Of a stretch of DNA of 64,000 nucleotides, positions 17,722 to 27,595 are shown piece by piece. The stretch covers positions 1,376,642 through 1,440,641 of the forward strand of contig OZ240215.1 of the NCBI GenBank assembly GCA_965197585.1, given 5' to 3'. Position numbers and translations under genes: made by a program. The notes under the pieces are model-generated. The model searched no databases. It was not told the origin of the DNA and saw nothing but the letters and a program-made list of their open reading frames with translations. Numbering within the stretch: position 1 is the stretch's first letter; each line of letters begins with the position of its first letter. Source of the DNA: Dehalococcoidia bacterium. GTDB taxonomy: Bacteria > Chloroflexota > Dehalococcoidia > Plut-88900.

Positions 17722-19038
17722 TCACATCAAGCGTGGCGGCACAGGGGTCTTCTCTTCCGCGAACCGGCTCGGCCTGAAGGAATTGATGTCGACCGATGTT
17801 CCTCCATCGATGATCAGGTCTGCCAGCAACTTCCCGACTATCGGCCCAGCCGCAAAGCCATGCCCGCTGAACCCTGTCGCCAGGTAGAACCCCTCAATTC
17901 CCTTCACTGGCCCGATGATAGGCAGAAAGTCGGGCGTCATGTCCACGTAGCCGGCCCACGTCCGAGCCAAACGCAGTCCCTTCATTTCCGGCACAAGCTG
18001 CCCGACCCGCTTCAGCTTGCGGGCAACGTTCTCGGGCTGGGGTCTTGGCTCGGTGCCGACGGGAGCAGGGTTGCCGTTTCCCGTCCCGGTCACTTTCCTG
18101 ACCAGCGATTCAAAGTCCAATTTGAGGATGTCCTTGTTCAACTTCATGGAAACGTCACCCCGGTACTTGAGCAGCCGGGGAATCCACGTTGCCATGTCGC
18201 GGAGGTCGTGGAGCGACAGGTCATGGTAGACGTCCATCTTGCGGTAGCCGCCCGTGACCCGGAACGCCCCCGAGGCCGTCTGCCGTGACCCGTAGGTAGG
18301 CCCCCTCAGGAAGCAGTCGAAGAGTCGGGGCGCGGGTTCCGTCTCCCCCTGCACCACCTTGATTAGCTGTATAGGCAGCTTAACGCCCAGTCGGTCGGCG
18401 AGGCGGTAGCCCCATACACCGGCCGCGTCCAGGACTACGGGAGTAGAAATCTCCCCACGATTCGTGATCACGGATGTCACTCTGCCCGCCCTCGTGACTA
18501 CCTCCGTTGCGAGGCAGCCCGTAACTATCTGCGCACCATACTCCCGGGCAGATCTGGCGAAGGAGTTCACCACTTTGACAGGGTTTACGTGTCCTTCGTG
18601 CTGAGACCACGCAGCCTTGATGAAGGGGCCTTGCAGAAAGGGCCACTTGGCCCGGGCCTGGGGCGCATCGTACCACCGGACTTCCACCCCCGACTCCTCC
18701 GCCCCACTGATCATCTCCTCGAACAGCGGCATGTCTTCTTCGGTGTTGGCGATCACCAGCCTGCCGCCGTTGATGAATTCGATGTCCGTGCCCAGCTCAT
18801 CGTTCAGCCCGAACCAGATCTCCATACTGGCCTTGATTAGAGCAAACTCGTCGGGGTGGTGTTTTCCAACGAGCCCGACGGCCGCCATCGTGCGCCCTGA
18901 GGCCTCGTGTGCGATATCATCCTTCTCGAGGACCACCACCCGCCAGCCACGCTTGGCGAGCCGGTAAGCCGTGGAGCACCCGGTGATCCCCGCTCCGACG
19001 ACTACTGCATCGGCTTCGGTCGGAAATCTGTTATCCAT
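17722..19038 (-). CDS. FAD-dependent oxidoreductase (DAO/sarcosine-oxidase-beta-like), paralog
   Basis: ADAVVVGAGITGCSTAYRLAKRGWRVVVLEKDD. It is collinear with the 15879-17180 product over its full length. Confidence 0.85.
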   Translation of the reverse strand: MDNRFPTEADAVVVGAGITGCSTAYRLAKRGWRVVVLEKDDIAHEASGRTMAAVGLVGKHHPDEFALIKASMEIWFGLNDELGTDIEFINGGRLVIANTEEDMPLFEEMISGAEESGVEVRWYDAPQARAKWPFLQGPFIKAAWSQHEGHVNPVKVVNSFARSAREYGAQIVTGCLATEVVTRAGRVTSVITNRGEISTPVVLDAAGVWGYRLADRLGVKLPIQLIKVVQGETEPAPRLFDCFLRGPTYGSRQTASGAFRVTGGYRKMDVYHDLSLHDLRDMATWIPRLLKYRGDVSMKLNKDILKLDFESLVRKVTGTGNGNPAPVGTEPRPQPENVARKLKRVGQLVPEMKGLRLARTWAGYVDMTPDFLPIIGPVKGIEGFYLATGFSGHGFAAGPIVGKLLADLIIDGGTSVDINSFRPSRFAEEKTPVPPRLM

Positions 19039-19148
19039 TCGGTGACTTTACCAGCACGACTTACCCCATTCAAGACCGTGTATTAATTTGCCAAGCGATG
19101 CCCCTCAACCCCATCCCCTCAAACGTGTACTCTCGATGCCTTTCACTC

Positions 19149-19443
19149 TGTCATCCCGAGGTCCCGCGCTGAAAGTCCGCCGAGGCAGGAGGAATCTCGG
19201 ACTCGCCTCCTCCCGAGGGGAGCCTGTCCGACTAAGGCGGATCATTCCGGCCGCCGAGAACCGGCTATAAGTGCGCCGAGGCGCGAATCCATCCCCAGGG
19301 GCTGAGGGGCCGCTCATCCTGAGCTCCGTCGAAGGGTCGAGCGGGGGACGGCCCACCATGTCAATCCGTCGTGCTTATCTTGACTCCCACCCAACCCTCT
19401 TAACCCCGTCATTCCGAGGCCCCGCGAGGAATCTTGTGTGACG
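19149..19443. repeat. Patch of degenerate GC-rich REP-like palindromic units
   Basis: Related units tgtcatcccgagg...ggaatctcgg (19149-), gctcatcctgagctccgtcgaagggtcgagc (19312-19342) and cgtcattccgaggccccgcgaggaatcttgtgtgacg (19407-19443). Each can form an imperfect hairpin, and no credible ORF is present. Confidence 0.4.
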
Positions 19444-19545
19444 AAGCAGTGATAGAGTTAGGGTCTCGGGGTGCGGCAGGCCGTAGGAATCGTGGTCCTT
19501 CAAGACCGAGCTCTAGCATGGGCCGCCGTACCCTCTCTCATCTAA

Positions 19546-20544
<999 letters not shown>

Positions 20545-20596
20545 GACTTGCCCTCTCACGCCCTTCCTAGCCTTCCTTCCCCTCCCCCTTGGTAAC

Positions 20597-20637
20597 GATA
20601 TATCGGCCATGTTGCTCTGCAACATGGCCGATATATC
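20597..20637. repeat. Perfect 19-bp inverted repeat (hairpin) just downstream of the transposase stop
   Basis: gatatatcggccatgttgc - tct - gcaacatggccgatatatc. No T-tract follows on either strand. Confidence 0.85.
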
Positions 20638-20716
20638 AATAAAACAGGGCGGGTGGGCGGGTACCGATTAAACGGGGTCGGGAGGGGTGTCCCCTTCCAA
20701 ATGTGACACAAACCCC

Positions 20717-20746
20717 TTGACCATACTTGTACACATGTACTATATT
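20717..20746 (+). promoter_or_regulatory. Near-consensus sigma70-like promoter (TTGACC-18-TATATT) driving non-coding element A
   Basis: -35 at 20717-20722 and -10 at 20741-20746. An equivalent promoter sits at the same position in the paralogous element at 51449-51477. Confidence 0.6.
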
Positions 20747-20752
20747 CACCCC

Positions 20753-21340
20753 CGGCTAGCTCGTCACTCACCCTAAACCCAAGGAGGAACCAAAAACCCA
20801 GGGGGAACCCCAGCCCCGGCCCCGAGGACTCAACGTCTAAGCCCATCCCAATGGCCGTCCCGCGGCCTGCGGCTCAAGCAAACGCCGCCATCTCCTCTTC
20901 ACAAGGGCCCCGGCTACCCCTTCCCCCTACTTCCAGGCGATGGAAGGCCCACAGACTATACGCGGCAGGCCCCGTCCAACGACGCCCCTGCCGATTCAAC
21001 GCTTCCCATTACCGGATGCGTTTACCCCGGCCCATTGCGCGCCGGTTTTCCCGGTAGGTCAACCGACCCCCGGTTTAGCAAGGCCCTCGTGTCCTTGTTT
21101 GTCCCGCCGTCCCTGCCATCCGTCTCTACGACCGATGCACCGGGACGCCGGTTCTGAAAGTCCGCCTCAGGCGGCATGTTCCCCGTCAGCGGTCCGGTCA
21201 AGTGCCGCTGCCGGTGGGATCGGCCCCACACAACCCTGACCGCGGCCGACAACGTGTGGGGATAAGCCAGCCCGGCGCCGATGGCCCGGCAACAACCCCC
21301 GGCCTGGATTCTAGTCACGGACCTTCCATCGCCTGCCCCC
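20753..21340 (+). ncRNA. Candidate large structured ncRNA, copy A (unclassified; 3' end uncertain)
   Basis: About 190 nt are conserved with 51484-51680. A hairpin shows compensatory changes, and 20934-20947 is perfectly complementary to 21322-21335. Only Pro/Arg-rich spurious ORFs occur here. Confidence 0.45.
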
Positions 21341-21500
21341 TCCCAAACAAAACCGAGACACCATCACCACATTTCAATAGAACCTGGGAAGCGTAGATCA
21401 TCGCTCCTCATGGAAAGAGGTTCTCCAACTATCGGATATGTACGCACAATTTTGCCCATCCTTGACCCCGCCCCACCCCTGTGCTACAAAGGGGCCGCTT

Positions 21501-22937
21501 ATGGACAACCCATCCGTCCCTCGCCCCGACATCGACGCTATTCTCAATCCCGGCTCCATCGCCGTCGTCGGTGCGTCGACTCACCCCGCAAAGCAGGGTC
21601 ACACCTACGTAAGCGCTCTCCGCGAATTCGGCTTCCAGGGCCAGGTCTACCCCATCAATCCGAAGGCCGAGGAGGTGGCCGGGTACACCTGCTACCCCTC
21701 TCTCAAGGACGTGCCCGGCCCGGTGGACTATGTCATCTCAGCCGTGCCCGCACCCCTTCTCCCTCAAGTCATGAAGGACGCCCGGGGCAAGCAGGTCAAG
21801 GGAATCCACCTGTTCACCGCACGGATGGCCGAGATGGCCACCGAGGAGGGACTCGCTCTGGAGGCCGGCATCATCAGGTCGGCAAGGCAGCTTGGAGCGC
21901 GGATAATCGGGCCCAACTGCATGGGCCTGTACAATCCCGGTCACGGCATCTCCTTCAGACAAAACCTTCCGAAGCAGCCTGGCAGAGTTGGATTCCTCAG
22001 CCAGAGCGGCGGAAACACGGTGGAGTTCGTCTACCGAGCCTCGCTGCGGGGCGTCTTTTTCAGCAAGGCTGTGAGCTACGGCAACGCCGCCGACCTCAAT
22101 GAGTGTGACCTACTGGAGTATTTCACCCACGACCCTGAGACCTCGATCATCGCCTGCTACATAGAGGGCATCAGGGGCGGGCCTCGCTTCTTCGAAGTCC
22201 TTTCGCAAGCGGCATCGGTAAAGCCAGTCGTACTGCTGAAGGGGGGTCGGGGGAAAGCCGGGACACGAGCGGTCGCATCTCACACGGCCTCCCTCGCCGG
22301 GTCCACACAAATATGGCGCTCTGCAGTTACCCAGGCCGGGGCAATCTGGGCCGAGACCATAGAGGAGATGACCGATATAGCGGTGGCCTTGCGCTTTATG
22401 GAGCGGCCCCAAGGCCCGAGGGTCGGGATCATCTGTGGTGGAGGTGGCAACACCGTCCACAGCGCCGACATCTGCGAAGCCGCAGGACTCACGGTCGAAC
22501 CTCTGCCCGAGTCCGCTCGCTCGGGGTTCAAGGAGCATCTCCCAGACACCTGGTTCCACACCAACAACCCCTTTGATCTATCGGGCATTATGTCGAGCGA
22601 CGACCACGGTATGACCATGCCGCTCGCCGTGCGTCTCATGGCCGAAAGCGGGGCATTCGACCTGATCCTCATAGACCCCGACATAGATTTTCACTTCGAC
22701 CATCCCCTGGCTCGGGGGCGGGTTTTCCGCCTGATGGAGGTCCTCACCAAGCTGCCAAAAGAGATCAAGATTCCGGTAGCTATGATCATCCGACCCGGGG
22801 ACGCGGTAGAAGAGTGGCGCTGGCGTGCCGTCACCGAGCTTCAACAAATGGCCTGGGAAGCGGGTGTCCCGGTATACAACTCGATGCCTCGAGCCGCCGC
22901 CTGTATCACCAAGGTCTTGGCCAGTCCAAGGCACTGA
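21501..22937 (+). CDS. CoA-binding / succinyl-CoA-synthetase-like alpha-domain protein (NDP-forming acyl-CoA synthetase family)
   Basis: ILNPGSIAVVGAS...KQGH (CoA-binding Rossmann) and SQSGG / ASHTASLAG ligase-CoA motifs. The ATG at 21501 was chosen because the longer ORF start lies in non-coding sequence. No ATP-grasp partner is adjacent. Confidence 0.8.
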   Translation: MDNPSVPRPDIDAILNPGSIAVVGASTHPAKQGHTYVSALREFGFQGQVYPINPKAEEVAGYTCYPSLKDVPGPVDYVISAVPAPLLPQVMKDARGKQVKGIHLFTARMAEMATEEGLALEAGIIRSARQLGARIIGPNCMGLYNPGHGISFRQNLPKQPGRVGFLSQSGGNTVEFVYRASLRGVFFSKAVSYGNAADLNECDLLEYFTHDPETSIIACYIEGIRGGPRFFEVLSQAASVKPVVLLKGGRGKAGTRAVASHTASLAGSTQIWRSAVTQAGAIWAETIEEMTDIAVALRFMERPQGPRVGIICGGGGNTVHSADICEAAGLTVEPLPESARSGFKEHLPDTWFHTNNPFDLSGIMSSDDHGMTMPLAVRLMAESGAFDLILIDPDIDFHFDHPLARGRVFRLMEVLTKLPKEIKIPVAMIIRPGDAVEEWRWRAVTELQQMAWEAGVPVYNSMPRAAACITKVLASPRH

Positions 22938-22972
22938 GCCAGTAGGGACAGTTCGTCCCTCTCCCCGATTCT

Positions 22973-24694
22973 CTAGCGACGCCCGAATTCCTTTTCAAGC
23001 AGGCTGGAGCTCAAGTGCACCAGCGTGGGCCTGCCGTGAGGGCAGGTGTGGGGACTTTGCGCCTGCTCCAATAGTCGAACCACCTCTTCCATAGACGCCT
23101 GTTGCAGAACGTCCCCTGCGCGAATGGCGCTGTGGCAGGCGATGGATGCAGCTATTCGCTCCTCGGTTTGCTCAGGGGAGGCGGGATCGAGGAGTGAGTC
23201 CAGGACGTCCAGGAAAGCTCGGTCCGGGGCTCGGGCCGAAAGCATGGCCGGGACGGCCCTGAGCACGTATGCCCTATCCCCGAACGGCTCGGCGTCAAAC
23301 CCGTGCCCTCGAAGCAATTCCTCCACCTGGGTCAGGCTTTCTCTTTGCACAGGTGAAAGGTCGACGGTCGCAGGAGCCAGCATCCCCTGTACCTGGACCC
23401 GCTTCTCCGCCCGCTCTTTCAACACCCTTTCGAAGAGCACCCGTTCGTGGGCAGCGTGCTGGTCGACCAGGTACATTCCGTCCGGGCCCTCAGCCACTAT
23501 GTAGGTGTTGCTGACCTGGCCGACCACCCGCAGAAGCGGCAGCGTGCTCTTCGTGAACATCGTGGGAGCAGCAGGTGTTTCGCGCGCCGGAACCCGGGGC
23601 CCCGACGCCCAACCCAGAAGGTCCGACCCTAGGGGAGTCCTCCTGGAAGAAGTGTCGGGTGTTGTGCCGGGGACATTGGTAGCGAAGGCTGCGGAATGCA
23701 CGGGGCTCGATTCGACCAATGCCTGTCTGACCACCCGTTGGACCAGGCTGAACATCTCCCGGTCCTTCTTGAACCTCACCTCAGCCTTGGAGGGATTCAC
23801 GTTGACGTCCACGTCCTCAGGAGACACTTCGATCAAGAGAACGGCCACGGGCCTACGCCCGACCATCAACAGGTTCTGGTATGCCTCTTCCACCGCGTAG
23901 TTGAGCCTCCTGTCCTGGATCCACCGACCGTTCAGGACAAGGGTCACGTACCCCGTCTGGGCTCGACTCACCGTCGGCGGGCCAGCCAACCCCTCGATTC
24001 TCCCAACGCCATCCTCTTCACCCGACAACTCCAGCATTGCAGCGGCAGTGTCCGCTCCATAGACGCTGGAGACCGCTTCACGCAAACCGCCAGCGCCGGT
24101 GGTTGCAAGTGTTTTACGGCCATCGATGGTCAGGCTGAATCTGACCGAGGGCCGGGCCATCGAGTACCGGGTGACCAGATTTCCAATGCGCCCGTTCTCC
24201 GTGGCCACGGATTTCATGAACTTCAGCCTGGCTGGGACGTTTTGGAATAGGTGGGTTACCCGCACGGTGGTGCCCCGTGGCCTGCCCACCGCTTCCCTTT
24301 TCATCAACTCGCCAGCCTGAAGACGGACCCGGGTGCCGGCCTGCTCACTCTCAACTCTCGTCAGCAGCTCCATGTCGGAAACGGAGGCGATGCTCGGCAG
24401 GGCCTCCCCCCGGAACCCGAGAGTGGCAATCTTCTCAAGGTCGCTGCTGGAGGTGAGTTTGCTGGTGGCGTGTCTCAGGAAAGCTATTTCCACGTCGGCG
24501 GACGGGATGCCTGCACCGTCGTCCACTACTCGTATGAGCTTCAGCCCCCCACCCGACACCTCCACTGCGATCTGCGAAGCCCCTGCGTCCAAGCTGTTTT
24601 CGACAAGCTCCTTCACCACGGAGGCCGGTCTTTCCACCACCTCCCCGGCAGCGATCTGGGCAGCAGTCTCAGGAGTGAGTACCCTAATTGCCAT
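22973..24694 (-). CDS. mutL: DNA mismatch repair protein MutL
   Basis: N-terminal GHKL ATPase motifs IAAGEVVERPASVVKELVENSLDAG, VVDDGAGI and GFRGEAL. Confidence 0.95.
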   Translation of the reverse strand: MAIRVLTPETAAQIAAGEVVERPASVVKELVENSLDAGASQIAVEVSGGGLKLIRVVDDGAGIPSADVEIAFLRHATSKLTSSSDLEKIATLGFRGEALPSIASVSDMELLTRVESEQAGTRVRLQAGELMKREAVGRPRGTTVRVTHLFQNVPARLKFMKSVATENGRIGNLVTRYSMARPSVRFSLTIDGRKTLATTGAGGLREAVSSVYGADTAAAMLELSGEEDGVGRIEGLAGPPTVSRAQTGYVTLVLNGRWIQDRRLNYAVEEAYQNLLMVGRRPVAVLLIEVSPEDVDVNVNPSKAEVRFKKDREMFSLVQRVVRQALVESSPVHSAAFATNVPGTTPDTSSRRTPLGSDLLGWASGPRVPARETPAAPTMFTKSTLPLLRVVGQVSNTYIVAEGPDGMYLVDQHAAHERVLFERVLKERAEKRVQVQGMLAPATVDLSPVQRESLTQVEELLRGHGFDAEPFGDRAYVLRAVPAMLSARAPDRAFLDVLDSLLDPASPEQTEERIAASIACHSAIRAGDVLQQASMEEVVRLLEQAQSPHTCPHGRPTLVHLSSSLLEKEFGRR

Positions 24695-24703
24695 GGCTCG
24701 AAC

Positions 24704-27298
24704 CTACTCCGCGCCCCGGCCTTTCTTGGCCTTTTCCTGCAGTTCGTAAAGCTTGAGTATGGCGTCCCGCGGGGTCATGGATGCGATGTCGATTTCGGCG
24801 AGCTCCTTTACCACAGGAGAGGAGTCGGCGGGAAGCGTGAAGAAGGACATCTGCCACGGCCCCGATTCCTCGCTCCGCGGAGCAATACCCGGCGAGGGCT
24901 TTGCGCCGTTTTCCAAATGTTCCAGCACCCGAGTTGCACGGTCTATCACGGTTCTCGGGATCCCGGCCAGTTGGGCCACGTGAATCCCGTAGCTCTTGTC
25001 CGCGCCGCCCGGGACCACCTTGTGCAGGAAGACGGCCTTCCCATCTTCCTCAGCCACCGACACGTTGAAGTTCACTATCCGTGGAAAGGTGTCGGCGAGT
25101 TTGACCAGCTCGTGATAGTGGGTGGCGAAGATGGTCTTGGCTGAGGCCCGGGGGTCGGTGTGGATGTGCTCGATGACCGCCTGGGCGATAGAGAGGCCGT
25201 CATAGGTGCTCGTGCCCCTGCCGATCTCGTCCAGGATGATCAGGGACTTGGGGGTCGCCAAGTGGAGGATCCTGGCCGTTTCCAGCATCTCGATCATGAA
25301 GGTCGAGCGGCCCGTCGAGAGGTCATCCTGCAAGCCGACCCTCGTGAAAATCCGGTCCACCAGTCCGATGTGAGCGCTCTCCGCAGGGACAAAGCTCCCG
25401 ATCTGCGACATCAGGGTTATCAGGGCCGCCTGCCTCATGTAGGTGGATTTCCCCGACATGTTGGGCCCCGTAAGCACGATGATCTGCTGCTCCTCGCCCG
25501 TCAGGCGCAAGTCATTGGGGACGAACACGCCCTCACCGACCACCCTTTCCACCACCGGGTGCCGGCCCCCGACTATGCTGATGACCCCGTCATCCGATAG
25601 CTCGGGGCGCACGTAGCCGTACAGGGAGGCCACCTCGGCGAGGCTGCTGAACAGGTCAATCAGAGCCAGGGTCCCGGACAGTTCGTGAATCTTGACCACC
25701 GAACCCGCCACCTGTGCGCACAGATGCCGGTATATGGCCTGCTCCAGCTCCTCGACCTTCTCCTGCGCCCCGAGAATCAGGGCCTCGAACTCTTTGAGCT
25801 CAGGCGTGACGTAGCGCTCGCCGTTCACGAGGGTTTGCTTGCGGATGTACGCCGCCGGGACCTGGGGCAGGTGGGACCTGCTGACCTCCACATAGTAGCC
25901 GAAAACCCTGTTGTAGCCCACCCGTAGCGACTTGATGCCCGTCTTCCGACGCTCGTCTCGCTCCAGCGCCGCGATGAACCCCCTCGCCTCCGACGAGGCG
26001 TTCCTCATCTTGTCCAGCTCTGCATCGAAGCCTACGCGGACCACTCCGCCTCCCCCCACCGTCGTTGATGGTTCGTCCATTAGGGTCCGCGAAATGAGGT
26101 CGGATACATCTGTACAATCGGGCATCGAGTCCAGTACCCAGGACAGTCCGTTCAGCCCGGCGTCCTGGATAGTCTGTATGATCTCGGGGCCCAGGTCCAG
26201 GCCTCTCTTCAGAGCCATCAATTCCTTGGGGTTGGCGATTCCCCGCTGCACACGCACCGCCGTGCGTTCTACATCTCCCACCTTGGACAGCAACTTCATT
26301 ACGCGTGTCCGGCAAACTCCATCGGCGTAGAAGGCCTGCATCGAGCCCAGTCTCCGGTTCAGGGCCTCCAGGTCAAACAAGGGTTGCCCGATCCACTCCT
26401 TGAGGAGTCGGGCGCCCATGGGCGTGCTAGTGCGGTCCAGCACCCACAGCAGGGAGCCCTCCACCTCATCTCGCCAGGCGCTGCGGAAGAGTTCCAGGTT
26501 TCGCCGCGTCTGCGGGTCCAGGACCACCGTCTTGTCCAGGGAATAGGTTGAAGGGCCGGCCAAGGCCCCCGCCGCCGCCTTCTGAGTCGCCCTCAAGTAA
26601 TCGACCAGCCCTCCCGCGGCCCGGGTGGCCAGCGGCAGGCCCTCGCAGCCAAAGGACTCCAGGCTGGTCACACCGAAGTGCTCCAGCAATACACGTTCCG
26701 CTTCATCGCTGTCGGATGTTACCGGCCCGGCGCGGGTCACGGGTGACGAGGGCCAAGCAGGCTCGGGGCTAACGCTTTGAGGCAGGAGCAGCTCGGATGG
26801 CGCGAGGCGATCAAGCTCGGGGGCGAGAGCGGCTTCGGGGAGCTGGGCTACCCGGAACTCTCCGGTGCTTATGTCGGTGTAGGCGATCCCGGCCTCGGGC
26901 CCGTCCGGCACCACCGAGACCAGGTAGTTGTTCCTCTTGTGGTCCAGGATCTCCGGCTCGACTACCGTGCCGGGTGTGACCACCCTGACAACTTCCCGGT
27001 CCACGAGGCCACGGGCGAGGCTGGCATCGCCCACCTGTTCGCAGATGGCTACCTTAAAGCCTCGGTTAACAAGCTTTGCAAGGTAGCCGTCCAGCGCATG
27101 GTGAGGCAATCCCGCCATCGGGAAGCGCTTTCCGCGACCCATCTCCCTGGACGTGAGGGTGATGGCCAACTCCTTCGAAACTATGCGGGCGTCTTCGTCG
27201 AAGGTCTCGTAAAAGTCGCCCAGCCGAAAGAAGACCAGTACGTCGGGATATTGCTTCTTGATGCCGAGATATTGTCGTCGAATGGGTGTGGAAGCCAA
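24704..27298 (-). CDS. mutS: DNA mismatch repair protein MutS
   Basis: TPIRRQYLGIKKQYPDVLVFFRLGDFYETF (mismatch-binding domain), Walker A GPNMSGKST, and STFMIEM. TTG start. Confidence 0.95.
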   Translation of the reverse strand: MASTPIRRQYLGIKKQYPDVLVFFRLGDFYETFDEDARIVSKELAITLTSREMGRGKRFPMAGLPHHALDGYLAKLVNRGFKVAICEQVGDASLARGLVDREVVRVVTPGTVVEPEILDHKRNNYLVSVVPDGPEAGIAYTDISTGEFRVAQLPEAALAPELDRLAPSELLLPQSVSPEPAWPSSPVTRAGPVTSDSDEAERVLLEHFGVTSLESFGCEGLPLATRAAGGLVDYLRATQKAAAGALAGPSTYSLDKTVVLDPQTRRNLELFRSAWRDEVEGSLLWVLDRTSTPMGARLLKEWIGQPLFDLEALNRRLGSMQAFYADGVCRTRVMKLLSKVGDVERTAVRVQRGIANPKELMALKRGLDLGPEIIQTIQDAGLNGLSWVLDSMPDCTDVSDLISRTLMDEPSTTVGGGGVVRVGFDAELDKMRNASSEARGFIAALERDERRKTGIKSLRVGYNRVFGYYVEVSRSHLPQVPAAYIRKQTLVNGERYVTPELKEFEALILGAQEKVEELEQAIYRHLCAQVAGSVVKIHELSGTLALIDLFSSLAEVASLYGYVRPELSDDGVISIVGGRHPVVERVVGEGVFVPNDLRLTGEEQQIIVLTGPNMSGKSTYMRQAALITLMSQIGSFVPAESAHIGLVDRIFTRVGLQDDLSTGRSTFMIEMLETARILHLATPKSLIILDEIGRGTSTYDGLSIAQAVIEHIHTDPRASAKTIFATHYHELVKLADTFPRIVNFNVSVAEEDGKAVFLHKVVPGGADKSYGIHVAQLAGIPRTVIDRATRVLEHLENGAKPSPGIAPRSEESGPWQMSFFTLPADSSPVVKELAEIDIASMTPRDAILKLYELQEKAKKGRGAE

Positions 27299-27416
27299 GG
27301 GGACTCCTTTAGGCTATTGTACCCGGAACATTCCCTGTCACAAGGGACTTACCGGAGTGGCTCCCCATCCAGGAATAGGTTGTTTCGCAGCGCAGCGAGC
27401 GGGGAGATTCAGAGGC

Positions 27417-27587
27417 TCAACCCCTGCTCTTGCTGAAGAACGCCACAAGGAAGAAAGCGCATCCCAAAAAGAAAGTAACGCTCGCTGCGATACCTACAGG
27501 GTCTCGGGCCAGCAGGCTTTGAGTGATGAACAAAAAGCTGCAAACCAGAAAGACAATCCAGCCCGCAAGCTGAAAGGACCTCTGCAA
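27417..27587 (-). CDS. Possible small two-TM membrane protein (56 aa)
   Basis: TTG-initiated frame (L/M)QRSFQLAGWIVFLVCSFLFITQSLLARDPVGIAASVTFFLGCAFFLVAFFSKSRG*, 8 nt downstream of the fdsA-like stop. It falls below the ORF-track length cut-off, and I saw no SD. Confidence 0.3.
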   Translation of the reverse strand: MQRSFQLAGWIVFLVCSFLFITQSLLARDPVGIAASVTFFLGCAFFLVAFFSKSRG

Positions 27588-27595
27588 AGTGGGGC

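Noticed and set aside
19169-19275. RNase P-like strings GAAAGUCCGCC (19171-) and GAGAACCGGCUAUAAG (19256-) on the plus strand
   Set aside because: The two strings are only about 80 nt apart and are not mutually complementary as P4 requires. None of the other universal RNase P regions (e.g. GGGUGAAA, the P15 region) is present. The sequence is better explained as REP-like hairpins.
20783-20800. Perfect SD-like AAGGAGG near the 5' end of elements A and B, suggesting a small leader peptide
   Set aside because: No ATG, GTG or TTG lies within about 5-12 nt downstream in either copy, and no short ORF is shared. The motif may instead pair with the conserved CTCCT (ccatctcctc) block, or have another role.
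21154-21166. Exact 13-mer ctgaaagtccgcc shared between 19169-19181 and 21154-21166 (flanking the IS110 element), and 9-mer tctaagccc shared by the IS left end and elements A/B
   Set aside because: In an all-against-all comparison of a 64-kb GC-rich window, a few tens of 13-mer matches and many 9-mer matches are expected by chance. The surrounding sequence does not align, so these are not direct repeats or target duplications.
20940-22102. Track ORFs 20940-21239 (99 aa), 21022-21318 (98 aa) and 21281-22102 (273 aa) in or after non-coding element A
   Set aside because: They are Pro/Arg/Ser-rich and have no SD. The 273-aa ORF overlaps the well-supported CoA-binding gene out of frame. The ATG shared by A and B (ggcgATGGAA) opens 99 codons in A but only 15 in B, so no ORF is conserved.
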